This document shows positions 45,411 through 58,199 of a stretch of DNA of 64,000 bases, in pieces. The number at the start of each line of letters is the position of its first letter. Position 1 is the first letter of the stretch. The stretch is from the human T2T-CHM13v2.0 reference genome, Homo sapiens, in NCBI RefSeq assembly GCF_009914755.1, contig NC_060926.1; one strand, 5' to 3'. The position numbers and the translations under genes were made by a program. Below the pieces are notes generated by a model. It made no database searches and was not told where the DNA came from. It worked only from the letters and a program-made list of their open reading frames with translations.

Positions 45411-45980
45411 TTAACAGAAGAAAATTGATAGCGTTAACATTTGAGCTAACCTTGCCGCTCCTTGCTGTGTTTTATATGCCAAGAGAAGGAGAAGGAGACG
45501 CTCAGTAAATACAAATCCGTGGGCATTCATATTATTTACATTCCTTGGAGACCTTCTCTATTTAAAATGATAAGATTATTCAATCAGGATGGCGAAATAA
45601 AGAGATCACTTAATTTGACCATAGGGAATTCTGTTCCACTTGGTTAGCTCAGACACGGTTCTCTGTCCTAACCAATTTCATTCTGAACAGGGAAGACAGC
45701 TCCTAGCACATGCAAATGACCCTCTTCCAACTCCGGCTCCAGCAACTTCGGGCGGGGGCCAGCCGGGTCGGCTGAATGCGAGGGGGATGCGACCCTGGCC
45801 TCCCAGTCTTTCTGCTTCCCTTTCTCAGACACCCGGAAGTCCCCGCCGCAGCCCATGGTCTCCTGCAGGGCAGCTTCGGCGGACCCCGGAGAGCTGGGCA
45901 GTCCCGGGAGAGCTGGGGCTGGGCTACTGGCACCAAGGCAGAGGGCACACTCCGAGGTCCCGGGCACTAGGGGCTCCCTA

Positions 45981-46904
<924 letters not shown>

Positions 46905-47355
46905 TCAGCCTGGTCAACTGAACACTTTCTCCCGGGCTCGGGTACACCTGGAGCTACACCGGCAGCCCGCGGCAGTCAGAGAGCATGTAGGGGCGCGAGA
47001 GGAAAGGCAGGAGAGAGAGAATGCTGCAGAACAACAGTTTAGGGCGTGGAAAGACTAACCAAATAAAGACCCAGAGCTAAAAAGCTACTGAGGGTCTACA
47101 CTCCTGGGTATTTCCAAACATCTCCCTCATACCCCCCCACTCATCCCACTCAGATGAGCCTCTTCTCTGAAGCTCAGATTCAGCAGTCTCTTTCTAGAAA
47201 TGACCATCTAGAAATGAAGTTGAATTTCACAATGAGAAAGTTGTTCCCGAAGGCGATGGGTCGGGCAAACCTTAAGTTACAGGGTTTGCCTTGTCCTGTT
47301 TCTTGATGTTTGGGGAGCTCTGGAGAGTAAAGGAAAGAAATGAAGTTGCACTAAC

Positions 47356-47479
47356 CTTCAGCCGAGTTACAGGCGTTTTCGAGGAAATTAAAGGTGGACA
47401 GTGTCGTAATTCAATGAAGGACAAAGTTTCCAAGATTTTTAGAAAAGCAATGGGGAGTCCAGCCTGTCCAATCTCCTCC
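47356..47479 (-). other. NR4A2: NR4A2 non-coding exon 2 (124 nt)
   Basis: Acceptor tgtatttcag|GGAGGAG and donor GCTGAAG|GTTAGT; consistent with the known 8-exon structure. Confidence 0.9.
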
Positions 47480-48110
47480 CTGAAATACAGACACAGGAAG
47501 CTTCAGGGTTTCTTCCCGACAGAGATTCAGCTGGGCATATGTAGACTCACCAGGCAGGCCCTTCCATGCCTTCCCTGTTTGTCTCATTGGAAATGAGTGG
47601 GAAGCCTTTACCAAACATAGCACTTAAAATGAATGTATAAAAGAAATGACTTGAAACAACAGAAAATACCACCCATTGCACTGTGTAAATCCTTGCAGAG
47701 AGAAGATCCTGCAAGAGGAAAGCTAGTCCATGAACTCATTTAACATTTATGATGTAATGAACTGGCCCCTTTGCTACAGTGTAGGTGGAGAGGTCATTTC
47801 CATCTTAGGTTAATTCAGGACCTGAGTATGAAGACTAGAGTATGAAAATACAGCATTGGAACCTTCTCTTGCATTTTTTTTTCTTGTGGTGAAATTGCCT
47901 TTTCTTTTGGTAGAGGGGAAGAAAGTAGAAGTCAAGAATATAAAATGAGAAAACAATCTTCCCCCTTACAAAATGTTAGAAAGGCCTTGACTGAGAAGGC
48001 AAGTTGAGTGGAAGCATCCGCACTTCTAAAGTGCTTTTGACAGAGCACTGGGATTGGAGCTACAGATAAATTGATGTTCACTTTTCCAGAAAACTTGTCT
48101 TTCAGCATCT

Positions 48111-48141
48111 TTAATGGTCACAAGGCTTAATGGTCACAAGG
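48111..48141. repeat. Tandem duplication with a 16-bp period in intron 1
   Basis: ttaatggtcacaagg c ttaatggtcacaagg. Confidence 0.9.
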
Positions 48142-49167
48142 TGGGAAGAGGGGATCTACTTTTCCAGGAGCTTCTTAGGTCAATTGCAGAGGGGGGACAT
48201 ACTGCTTATATGGTATTGGCACCAATATTAGAAGTGTTTCCCAGCACAGCAAGATGAACACCTTCCCCATAATGCCTTCCACAATCTGCCTTTCTGGAAC
48301 AAGGCATTCTTGTGTCCTAGTAATTTTCAGATGTTCCCACTTGGAAGACATTCTAGAGCACAGACAATCTTATTACTAATGAAAAAAGAAAGCCAGTATC
48401 CTCTCTTTTTATTCTTTCCCCTCCCCCACAATCTTGCTTCATAGTGGTGGTGGGGGTGGGGGGAAGATTACCCAGAAAAAGCAGAAAGGAGACTCGAACC
48501 CCACAGCCCTTAGAGATATTCCTGTGTTGGATATTAACCCCCTGGTAGCTCCACAGTTTCATAACTGTACTCTTTACATATTCATATTCTCGCTCTGATA
48601 CATTCGCAAACCCAAGGACAGCATATGTCAAAACCAGAAATTTCAGGCAACTTAGTAACAGGACACGCTACCAACACCACCCTTACTCAACAATACCCGG
48701 GAAACATCGCGCGCTGGCCAGCCGCGGAGACACAGTTCCCAAGCAACGCATAAACTGAAGAACTTCCTCTCCCTGTCAGTTTGTGGGCAGCTTCCCTCGT
48801 ATACATAGGACTTGGAGTCTCCGTGTTCACAGGCCACAATCAATTCCTCACTAACAGCAAACTTTGCGCACATTTCCGCGGGCTAGTCCTCAGCTCCCAA
48901 ACTGTGGAGTCTCCCTTCCACGTCCACCAATGAGGAGCCTGGAAACCTCTGTCGAGAGCCAACTCCCCACTAGTGCCAAAGCCGGAGTTCGAACAAATGC
49001 CCCCCGGTAACTGCGCGCACGCACTCCCCATCCTTCGGTCCCACTCTCACTAGAAGCCTCTGGCTCCCACTTCCAGAGAACCTGTCCCACACAAGTGGAA
49101 AGAAGAGACGTGCAAAAGAAGGAAAAAGCATAAAAGAAGGCGAACTGCATGGGCTGCATCTACTCAC

Positions 49168-49463
49168 TTAGGAGTTCTCCGCGTCTCTCTTCATTCATTC
49201 AACTCTGCCGAAGTGCAGTTCCCTCTGGGAGCCCGGGCGCCGGGGTCGGGTAGGGGTGGGAGAGCTGGGCGAAGGGAACCCGGACACCTCACGGAGGGAG
49301 GGAGCAGGGACAGGCGGCCGGCTGGACAGGCAAAAGGGACCGCGGAGCCGTGCGCGAGCCGCCGGGCGGACTGGCCCTGGCCGCCAATGTGCCTTTGTTT
49401 ATGTGGCTTGCGCTGCCGCTGCCAACATGCACCTAAAGTCTCCGCGCGTCAGCGCGCGTCAGC
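49168..49463 (-). other. NR4A2: NR4A2 non-coding exon 1 (start site approximate)
   Basis: Strong donor TAA|GTGAGT at 49168/49167 inside the CpG island. The 5' end GCTGACGCGCGCTGACGCGCGG matches the human mRNA start as I recall it. Confidence 0.85.
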
Positions 49464-49538
49464 GGCCCGCCGCCCAATCGCCGCGCTGCCGCGCTCCCTG
49501 GACTCCTGGCCCGCGCTCGCTTTGGTATATTTCCGACC

Positions 49539-49546
49539 TGACGTCA
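49539..49546. promoter_or_regulatory. Full palindromic CRE (TGACGTCA)
   Basis: Exact consensus ~80 bp upstream of the exon 1 start; NR4A2 is an established CREB-induced immediate-early gene. Confidence 0.92.
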
Positions 49547-49943
49547 CGAGCAGGGCCGATTTTAAGGTGGGAACCGCTCTGCGTTCACCTTGGTAGCCAG
49601 CTTGGGTGGTTTTTGGTGTTTTTTTTCTTTTCTTTTTTTTTTTCCGAAAGAGGTGTGACCTCTCCCAGGTCTGCGCAGCCCGCAGCGTCGCGACACTTCA
49701 CTTTCCCCGAAGCCCCTGCGCCCGCGCAGCGGCTCGGCCGCTCACATGTGGGGAGGGTGCAACAAAAGCACCGGCGGAAGGCAAGGCCGGCGTGGGCCAG
49801 GTAGTACGCACCTGGAGCCGCACGGAATGGGATGTGCCTTGCAGCGCCCTAACCTCTCCCACCCACCTTCGTCACCCCCTTAGCGGAAGAGCGTACAGAT
49901 GTCCCATGACACGAGACGCTCAGAGGGCTCACGCAGTTCGGGT

Positions 49944-49953
49944 GGGATTTCCC
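49944..49953. promoter_or_regulatory. NF-kB site GGGATTTCCC
   Basis: Matches GGGRNNYYCC in the proximal promoter; NF-kB induction of NURR1 is established. Confidence 0.7.
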
Positions 49954-51136
49954 TACCCGGTTCATCCCCTTTTACTCCCTTTTCCTGTCCCAGGCCTCCT
50001 CCTCTTCTGGCATATATTCATTCTAATTATCTCTCTCTCTCACTCTCTCTACCCCACCCCCACCCCCCACACTCCCATCTGAAAGGGAATGGGAGTGGGG
50101 GTAGGGCTTATTTTTCTATGTTTCCTTATTTCCATGCAGTGCCCACGTTCGATGGAGGACGTGGTGCTTGCGGGGGGGGGGGGAGAGGAAGGGGAGAGGG
50201 TAGACAGTGACCGTGACCCAGCTCTTTAGAAACCCCAAAAGTCAGAGTGAAGCGTCGCCCCTTTTCCTTTCGCAGACAATGCAGCCGAGCAGCAGGCAAC
50301 AGGTGCGCCTTCTGCAGAAAGGTACTCTGATTCCCACCTTCTGCAAACTCTAATACTTTCGATACTCCTCTGTGCCCACCAACTCGTACCCCTTCCACGA
50401 GTTTTAAGGGAATAAATCGATCTTCGTTTGAAACACAAGGTCTATCACAGCCTCAATCTTAGAGCCCAGAAAGACTGGACAAGAAAAGCGAAGCGGGTGG
50501 GGATTGGGGGCAGCGTCTCCGCAAAGCGTAAGGTGTGAGCCTACAGCCCAGCCAGGAGAGGGGCCCGAGCTGGCTGTGGGAGCGTGTCCCACCCCCGCGG
50601 CCGTCCAAGTCGCCGCCGCTTCTGCTTTGCAAGTCATTTCCCCTAGCCACGCCGAGAGCGCAGGGAGCTTTCTAGCAAAGGAAACGCCGCAGCTCCGGAG
50701 GGCAAGCCCCCTCCCCGTCTCCCGGCCGGAGCTGGGAGGGCTTCCTAGGGCTTCTCCCGCGGGGCTTCCAGCGGCTGGGCCTTGGGAGGGAGAGTTCGGA
50801 GCCGCCCCCGCTTTTCTACTCGCGCAGAGCGTCCCAGCCGCCCCTCCTTTCTCGGTGTGGCTCGTTTCCAGGCAGCCGGGACCCTTTTGCAACTTGCCCC
50901 CCTACTCGTGTTCTCAGTACCGGCCGATGGCTCCGTGGAACTATTCGGGATCCCGGGCTGCTCAACCCTAATCTGCAGCCCCGCCTTTGCCTACTCCCTG
51001 CTGCCCCCAGCTCGCCGGCGGCTGGGGAGGCGTTGCCATCAGATGCCCTGCGGCTGCCCCAGGAAGCCGCGGGCTCTTTTGCGCCGCAGCCTCGGGGAAA
51101 CCTACGTGACCACCTTAAGTTTCCCCCAGATGTTGC

Positions 51137-51173
51137 GGCTGCCGCTGCTGCTGCCGCCGCCGCCGCCGCTGCT
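51137..51173. repeat. Mixed (GCT)n/(GCC)n trinucleotide repeat
   Basis: gctgccgctgctgctgccgccgccgccgccgctgct within the upstream part of the promoter island. Confidence 0.9.
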
Positions 51174-52443
51174 CGGCGATGCCCTAGCGGGCGCGAGAAA
51201 AAAAATAAAACCAGGAAGTGGGTGGGGGGGGCGGGTTGTGGTGGCGGGTGAGGGTGTGTGAGTAGGGGGATGAGGAGGGGAGGGCGAAGAATAGCATATT
51301 AGCATGAGCTCGGTAGCGTCAGCGCCCCGTGGGCAGAAGCGATTCCATGCGAACGAAAGGGAAAAAGTGAGAGTTTGGAGAGCTGGGGAGAAGGAAGGGG
51401 GTGGGGGTGGCGGTGACGCAGGGGCGCAGGCATTGACGCACCGGCCAGGCTGGGCCCAAAATAGCAGCAACTCCAGCTCAGAGGCGCCCTCCCGGGTTCC
51501 CTTCCCCTTCCGCGAGGGAGCAGGGCGCGGCCACGGGAAGCTTTCCTTGATCCCCGCGGTGGGCCAGGCTCCCGGCCGCTATTTTCAGGCAGTCGGAAAC
51601 TCAAGCACAGGCACGCCGGGGTGGCAGTTATTATTTTTTAATATAGTCCTAGGAAAACGGGGGCCGGGAGAACTTGAAGGTTGTAACCACCAGCCTCCAT
51701 ACACATACTCCCGTCTAAGTAGATACATTCACTCTGCACGCTTCCCCCTCCCTCATTGCCATTAAAAACACATTCAGTTTAGGTTGGGTTGAGCCTGGGA
51801 CAATTTGAAAATGCCTCCCCAGAGAGCTGAAAAGTGTCCTGGAGTTCTTAAAGTGAGCTCCAAGGAAGCCAAACATTGTAATATGATGCCTTATTCTTTA
51901 ATAACAACCTGTCGAGTGCGGCTTCCTGATAACAGCCTTTGTCCAAGTCTTAATGCAACCAAGAATGAAGGGTCGTTTTCACAGCAGCTTATTATAACAA
52001 TTATTATTAACTGGGAATATAATTAAATATAAAATTAAATATAAATTAAAATGAGAGAAAGGGGAGACCTTTCTCATCTATTCCATCATCTGTGTAAGAG
52101 TTCTCTCCTCTTCAAAGTCCTATTCTGGTTTCTGGGAAGCTTTTACTGTTTCTTAGGAAGACACGCCGGATGTAAGACTGTTAAACTCGTTTAAACCAAT
52201 TTTGAATAAGCTACTTCTTAGGCTAGGGTTTCTGTAAGGCCCGGATGAGATGGGTTGGAAAGGATTCAGCATATAGATCAGAAGTGTTTAAAAAAAAAAA
52301 AAAGGCCACGCTCAAAACCCCAGACTAGTTTTCCTCACCAGATTCTGATGGGACGATGTCTCAGTAGCACCGCCAATGTGTGTGTAATTGACTGATCCAG
52401 TCAGTAGGGGGCCTGACTCCACAACGTTCAAGAGAATCACTCA

Positions 52444-52445
<2 letters not shown>

Positions 52446-52493
<48 letters not shown>
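52446..52493. repeat. Uninterrupted (CA)n microsatellite, about 24 units
   Basis: Directly visible, ~3 kb upstream of exon 1. Confidence 0.97.
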
Positions 52494-52494
<1 letters not shown>

Positions 52495-55400
52495 GCTATT
52501 TACTACCTAAGCTAAACCAAAGAGAATGCTGCAGGCCCAAATATTCATATTGTGCTGGAATTCATAAATAACTAAAAATCTTTGATTCTCTTCTATTTTC
52601 TCCAAAAGGGAAACAGTTTTAACACATGGGATTAGGTTCACAAAAGATTTTCTTTATTTCCTCCTGCTCATGCTTAACTCACTGTTAGGTCACAGAAGGA
52701 AAAAATCAAACTGGTAATAAAATCTCTCATTTTATCACCAAGAAGTTCAAATTGGCATACAGTTTGGAAAAATGAAAGCATGTTTTAAAATCCTATGATT
52801 ACATGTTAAATAAATTATAGTTTAGAAGGAGATTCCTGTGGGTATATTTGCTAGTACATAAGAGAATGCTTTTGTGCATAGAGATTTAATTACACATATG
52901 GAATCAAAATGTAGAATTGAACAACCTTTCAGAAAATGTTAAAACGATGCTTTAGGCTAAAAGAAACTGAAATTCTGCATTTATATGACTGTAACCCTTC
53001 AAGATTCTTGAACATAAATAGTTCAAATAAAGTATTTTATAACTCAATTAAAATGACAATAATGGCTTTTTCAGGCCCCCGCAGCCGATATAACTTTAAA
53101 CTATTGCCATGTATAAATGTGTAAAGTTACCCCACAATGAAGGTCTATTTTCTTAACAGTTTTTAAAATGAGTGGGAGTAAAAATTGCACCTATCCTCTT
53201 TTGAAACCAACTAAAATAAATTAAAAAGCATTACTATTAAGAAACACTATTGGATGACCACAGAAAAACATTTAGGAAAGTAATGTTACTATATTATCTT
53301 TTATGACATTAACCAATATTAGGCAGAACATATTGGTACATGTAAACATATTTTCATTAAAAATCAACATAAATAATACATATACTCACATCTAAACCAA
53401 AGTAGTTTATTTTATGCATGGCTAGGCAGATTATACTTAATAAAATTGAGCTTTTGGCATAATTTAGAAAGCAAACATGAATGTAATCCCATAGGATTTT
53501 CTATTTTAATGCATAGGAAAGAGGCCTTTAGGGATTTATTTCACCATTCTTCCCAAATGAATTCAGAATAGACCTTACAATGCAGATATAGTGAAACAGA
53601 CATACCTGTTATGCTTTACGAGTTGAGGCAACTTTAAGATTTTTCATAATAAAATTACTTTGTAGAACCTATTTTTAGCATTACAAGATATATATTTTAA
53701 ATTACATTTGGACAAACTCATTCACAGCATTTGTTGCCATTGGGCAGTAAGTCACATTACTGATACAAGAAATAAATTTTCACTTTGAAAAAAATCTGTT
53801 TCTGAAAATACAAAATTAGTTTTTACTTCTGAAAGTGTTTTTATTGTTTTGCTTTTGCCATTTCATTTGCATTGACAGGATAGTAATTGACCAAATTGTT
53901 TGTTCCTTTCTCATAGGATGGTTAAAGAACAAGTCAATTGCTTTGTTAATATTCACATTTTGGATAGTTGTAGCTTTTATTCAGTATTTCTCAGCCGATT
54001 TTTACCAAAAACCACTTAACACAAATACTTTTAAAATTATTTCTTTCTTTGATACAGAACTCAGTACTAGAAATGTGTAAAGATGTGCAGAAAAAAAACA
54101 GCATTCTTTTTTCTGGAAGCATCTTCTTGTAAATTGAAATTATAAAACTGAACACATATGGTAAAACCTCATGCCACTCAAAAAGTATTTTGCATAATAA
54201 AAATCCTTCATTTTTTGTTAATACTTGACACCCAGTAACCATCTCCTAAATACTTGCTTTTAAATTAACCACTTAATATTTTCTTATTTAAGAACTATTT
54301 TTTATTAGGCAAAGAAGAATAACTTTGGTTTTAGATTTCATTGCTAATTTTAGTAAACATAGGCATCACTAAAATGTACAAAGTCCTAAAAGACAGTTTA
54401 AAGATTATGAAAATAAGTTGCTACATGCTAAGAAAACATCAAATATCTGCAAATTCTAAAAGTAGTTAATAGCATTATAACACTACCAGTATTAGATAGC
54501 ATTTATTTAAATTTAGATAAAATACATACATTTTGCAAGTTTTTATATGTAAATCACAAGCTGGCTAGTTTTTGTTCTATCTTTAATGATAAAATAACCA
54601 CTTTTGATTTTTTCCTCAGACTAATTGGTGGATGGAATGTCTCAATTTAATTTTAAAAATGAAGGTATTGATAATATTGCAACAGAGACATATATGCCCT
54701 TTTTCTCATCAGAATTCTGCAATTATCAAGCCTACAATTTTAACACTACAAAAGTAACTTAAAGCAAGGACCCTTATAGTGATAAGTAATAAATCTAATT
54801 ACCATATCCTTTGAATAGATGTAATATAAATTTCATTGCTCACTTAAAAGTTCTAAAGTTAACAGCATAAACTTGAAGTTGAGTAATTAAGTAATCCTTA
54901 TATAGACACTTATTAAAGTATTTATACATATTATCTTAAATCTACATCTATCATTTTGCCAATTAAAATTAGGACTTTAATTGCAATTAAGTAATTTAAT
55001 TGCCAATTGAACAGCAAAATTGCTAAGTGACTAATTTTAATGCCTATTTTAATTACCAATCATGACTGGGGAGGGAGCTAATCAAGTTACATCAAGCAGC
55101 ACCAGAGTAATGATGTGAAAAAAAAAAAAAGGGTAGAACAAACATTCAAGGCTACATGCTTCAAAAAAAGAAACATAAATTAAATAAATGCAAACACAAT
55201 CCTATAAATGTATAAAATACTGTATTTCAATATCTCAATACAGAACATGAAAGGAAACAAGATTAATTAAAGAAACCCCTGTCAATCTTCAAAGTAAGGA
55301 CAACCAAAGTCAAATTTTATATGGTATTTACATGGCACCCATGCTAACCCAGATAAAAACAAAAGCTGTATACAGTCGAGAATAAAAGGCTGTTTCCTGC

Positions 55401-58199
55401 TTGGCTGGTTAAATATTTACAGACTGGCAGTTAAAAAAAATTCTTAAATGAAATACCATAAAACAGAGAAACAAGTTTCCAAATGCAACAACGTGGATTT
55501 TGCATTTGAAAAGCCAACAGGGCAAGTGCAATGGGGCACTATACTCTTTCCTGGTTGTTCCTCTCAGCCACACTCACTTGAATGAAGAGTTCTATGAGAG
55601 GCCTAATGCCTATCCATAGCTGTCCCATGTTACCCTGAGAAAAACAGACACCTGGCCAATCTTAAATATTTTAAATTTATTCGGGAGTAAAAATAAGAAA
55701 GCGGCTAGGATTACATCACAGTTAAAATTATTTGGCATGGGGAATATACCTAATTCAATAGTCATTCTTCATTCAGTTAGAATAAACATGCCCACTCAAG
55801 ATAAAGGCTGAAAACCAGCAGGCAACCAGAAACACTGGTGAAATTTTTCTTGGACAACACAAACATATTTTCAAAAGTTTTCATATTCAGACTAATTCTC
55901 AGATTAGCAATATGGAGGGGCACTATTGAAAGGAGGAGGTGAAGTTGAGAACTCAAAAAATAGAAAGTGATTCCCTGTAGATAGTAACAATTCTAGTACT
56001 TTCTGACTGTAGGGTTTCCCTTGGCAGCCAGCCACCTCATTTAGAGTAACAATGGACATCCATCAAATCTTCATTTAAAATAAAAGTCATGCTGCAAGAT
56101 ACATATTTTATTTTTGTTGCCATATATATATACCAAAAATATACCTACTTATGTCTACAAAAGGGCCCAAGATTATTAATGAAATATATGTAAGCCTATA
56201 ACTTGAGGAACAGCAAATCGTGCGGCTTGGGATTTTATTTACTAATGGACTTCAATTGTGAAATGAAGCACAGCAGGACTTTCGGCCTGGCTTTTGAAGA
56301 AGGAACACTTTAATAATCACTGGGCCTGACAAGACTGCAATATCTGTTCATGACAATAACAGCTTTATAAAGCAAGTTCTGTGTGACTGATTAAAGGACA
56401 CACTCACCGCCTATTCACAAGTCATGGAGATGGAGTCATTATTGACAAGCTCACCATCACTACTGATCACATTTAAGACACATCGAGTGCTGGTGCTACA
56501 AAGAGAAATAAAACCTCAGCCATTAAAAGATTTAAAAAACAGCCCCAGAAGACAAGATTGCCATAACTTATGTATATCTTAATGTGTTCTGTATAAGATT
56601 TTCTCCTATATACACACACAAAGGATCTTATTTGATAATAATTATCAAAATTATCGAACTAAAGCACTAGGTAACAAATCAGCCACTACAAAGGAAAAAA
56701 AAAAGGAGAAGCATCGTCTTATAATTTCACAATAATTATGAAAGGACATGATATATAGACAAACTTTCAAAATGTTAACACTTTCCGAAACTTGACATGA
56801 CTGAAAGTAAATACTTTTTCAGACTGTTCATGTCTATCTTAGGCATTCTGCTAGTCATTAGTTTACATGAATTAATGTTTACATAGTGCCAGAAGCAAAA
56901 AGTTTTAAAAGTATGTCTCTACCTTTCAGATATCCCTTAGTAGGTAAAAGTAAACATAAAGTTTAGAAATTCTAGTAAGTTATTTTACTTTTTGCCCTTA
57001 AAGTATTGTCTTCCCGTGTGATCTATCTGTATTAGTGAATAGAAAATAAAGGATACAGTAAGACAACCACGTTTATAATCTGAAATTAAAGGCAATCAAT
57101 TAAAACATTTTATTAGTCACCAGGATATTTAAAAATGAGACCTGTGAAATATTGCAGAATCACTCCACTAGGAGAGAAGCAGCAACTTAAGTATGCTGTC
57201 ACTGACATGTTGGGAGGAAAAAGCAAACTACCAGTACCACCATGTACATGATTCAAATTAAGCTACATAAATAGTGAGTGCATGGGGTTGTGGGTACAGA
57301 AACTGGTTCGCTGAGGAGGTGCTACTTACATTTCCTGTATTTCATATTTCTGAGAACTGTCTTCTGTAATTTCCAAAGTGTAGGAATGGTTGAAGTTTGA
57401 AAATAAATGGAGAATTTCAAATAGTTAATGAATAGATTTAGGAGCTATACTGAAACAACTAGCAGAAAATACATTTTCTGGAGTTCTTTAATTTTGTACG
57501 CTTAAAAGTATGGTGTTCCTAAAGATGGCTAATTCTTGTTGAAGTAAGTAGCTCTGGAAGTCATATTTTCCATTTCTCCATACTTCATCTATTAATCAGT
57601 TGACTGGCAATTTCCGACACCAGTTTTGCTAAACTTTATAAATTTTGCTTCCTCCAGAGGTAGGAGGGGGAAGGAGATGGGCAATACAGAAACAGATTTT
57701 ACAGCCAGAATATGACAGGGCCCCTTAAACTACAAATAGATGTAGAATTTTAAATGTAGCTCTGTAGCTCAATTTATACCACAGAAATTGCGAGATGCTA
57801 TCTTCCTGTTGTTATAACGTATCAGGTCAAGGGATATAAATTGTACCAGGTAATTCATTTTGCTGTTCAGAGAGTCATTAAGTTCCTCCCAGAATATATG
57901 TGATTGATATCCCTGGAGGTGAAAGGCTAAAGGAACCATATGGCAACATGTTGCATTCCGTATGCTATCTGCCCATCCGTGCTTAAGCTGTCATTAGCAA
58001 CATCTGTACCTTACGGAAATCCAGCTGCGCCGACGACGGCTGACGGAATTGTACTTGGGGGGAAAATCTAGCTTAGCGCCATTAACTTGAGACTTAGAGT
58101 CTATCTACCAGGACGGATGGAAGCTTTCACAATTAGACGAGACGACACGAATGCTTTATTAAAGTTTAATTTTGAACTCCCAATTAGCGAAAGTGCATT

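Larger units (their letters stand above)
48690..51670. promoter_or_regulatory. NR4A2 promoter CpG island
   Basis: GC- and CpG-rich sequence spanning exon 1 and ~2.2 kb upstream. Confidence 0.9.

Noticed and set aside
49213-51765. Numerous 100-180 aa ORFs across the promoter island
   Set aside because: GC-content artefacts with low-complexity translations in all frames
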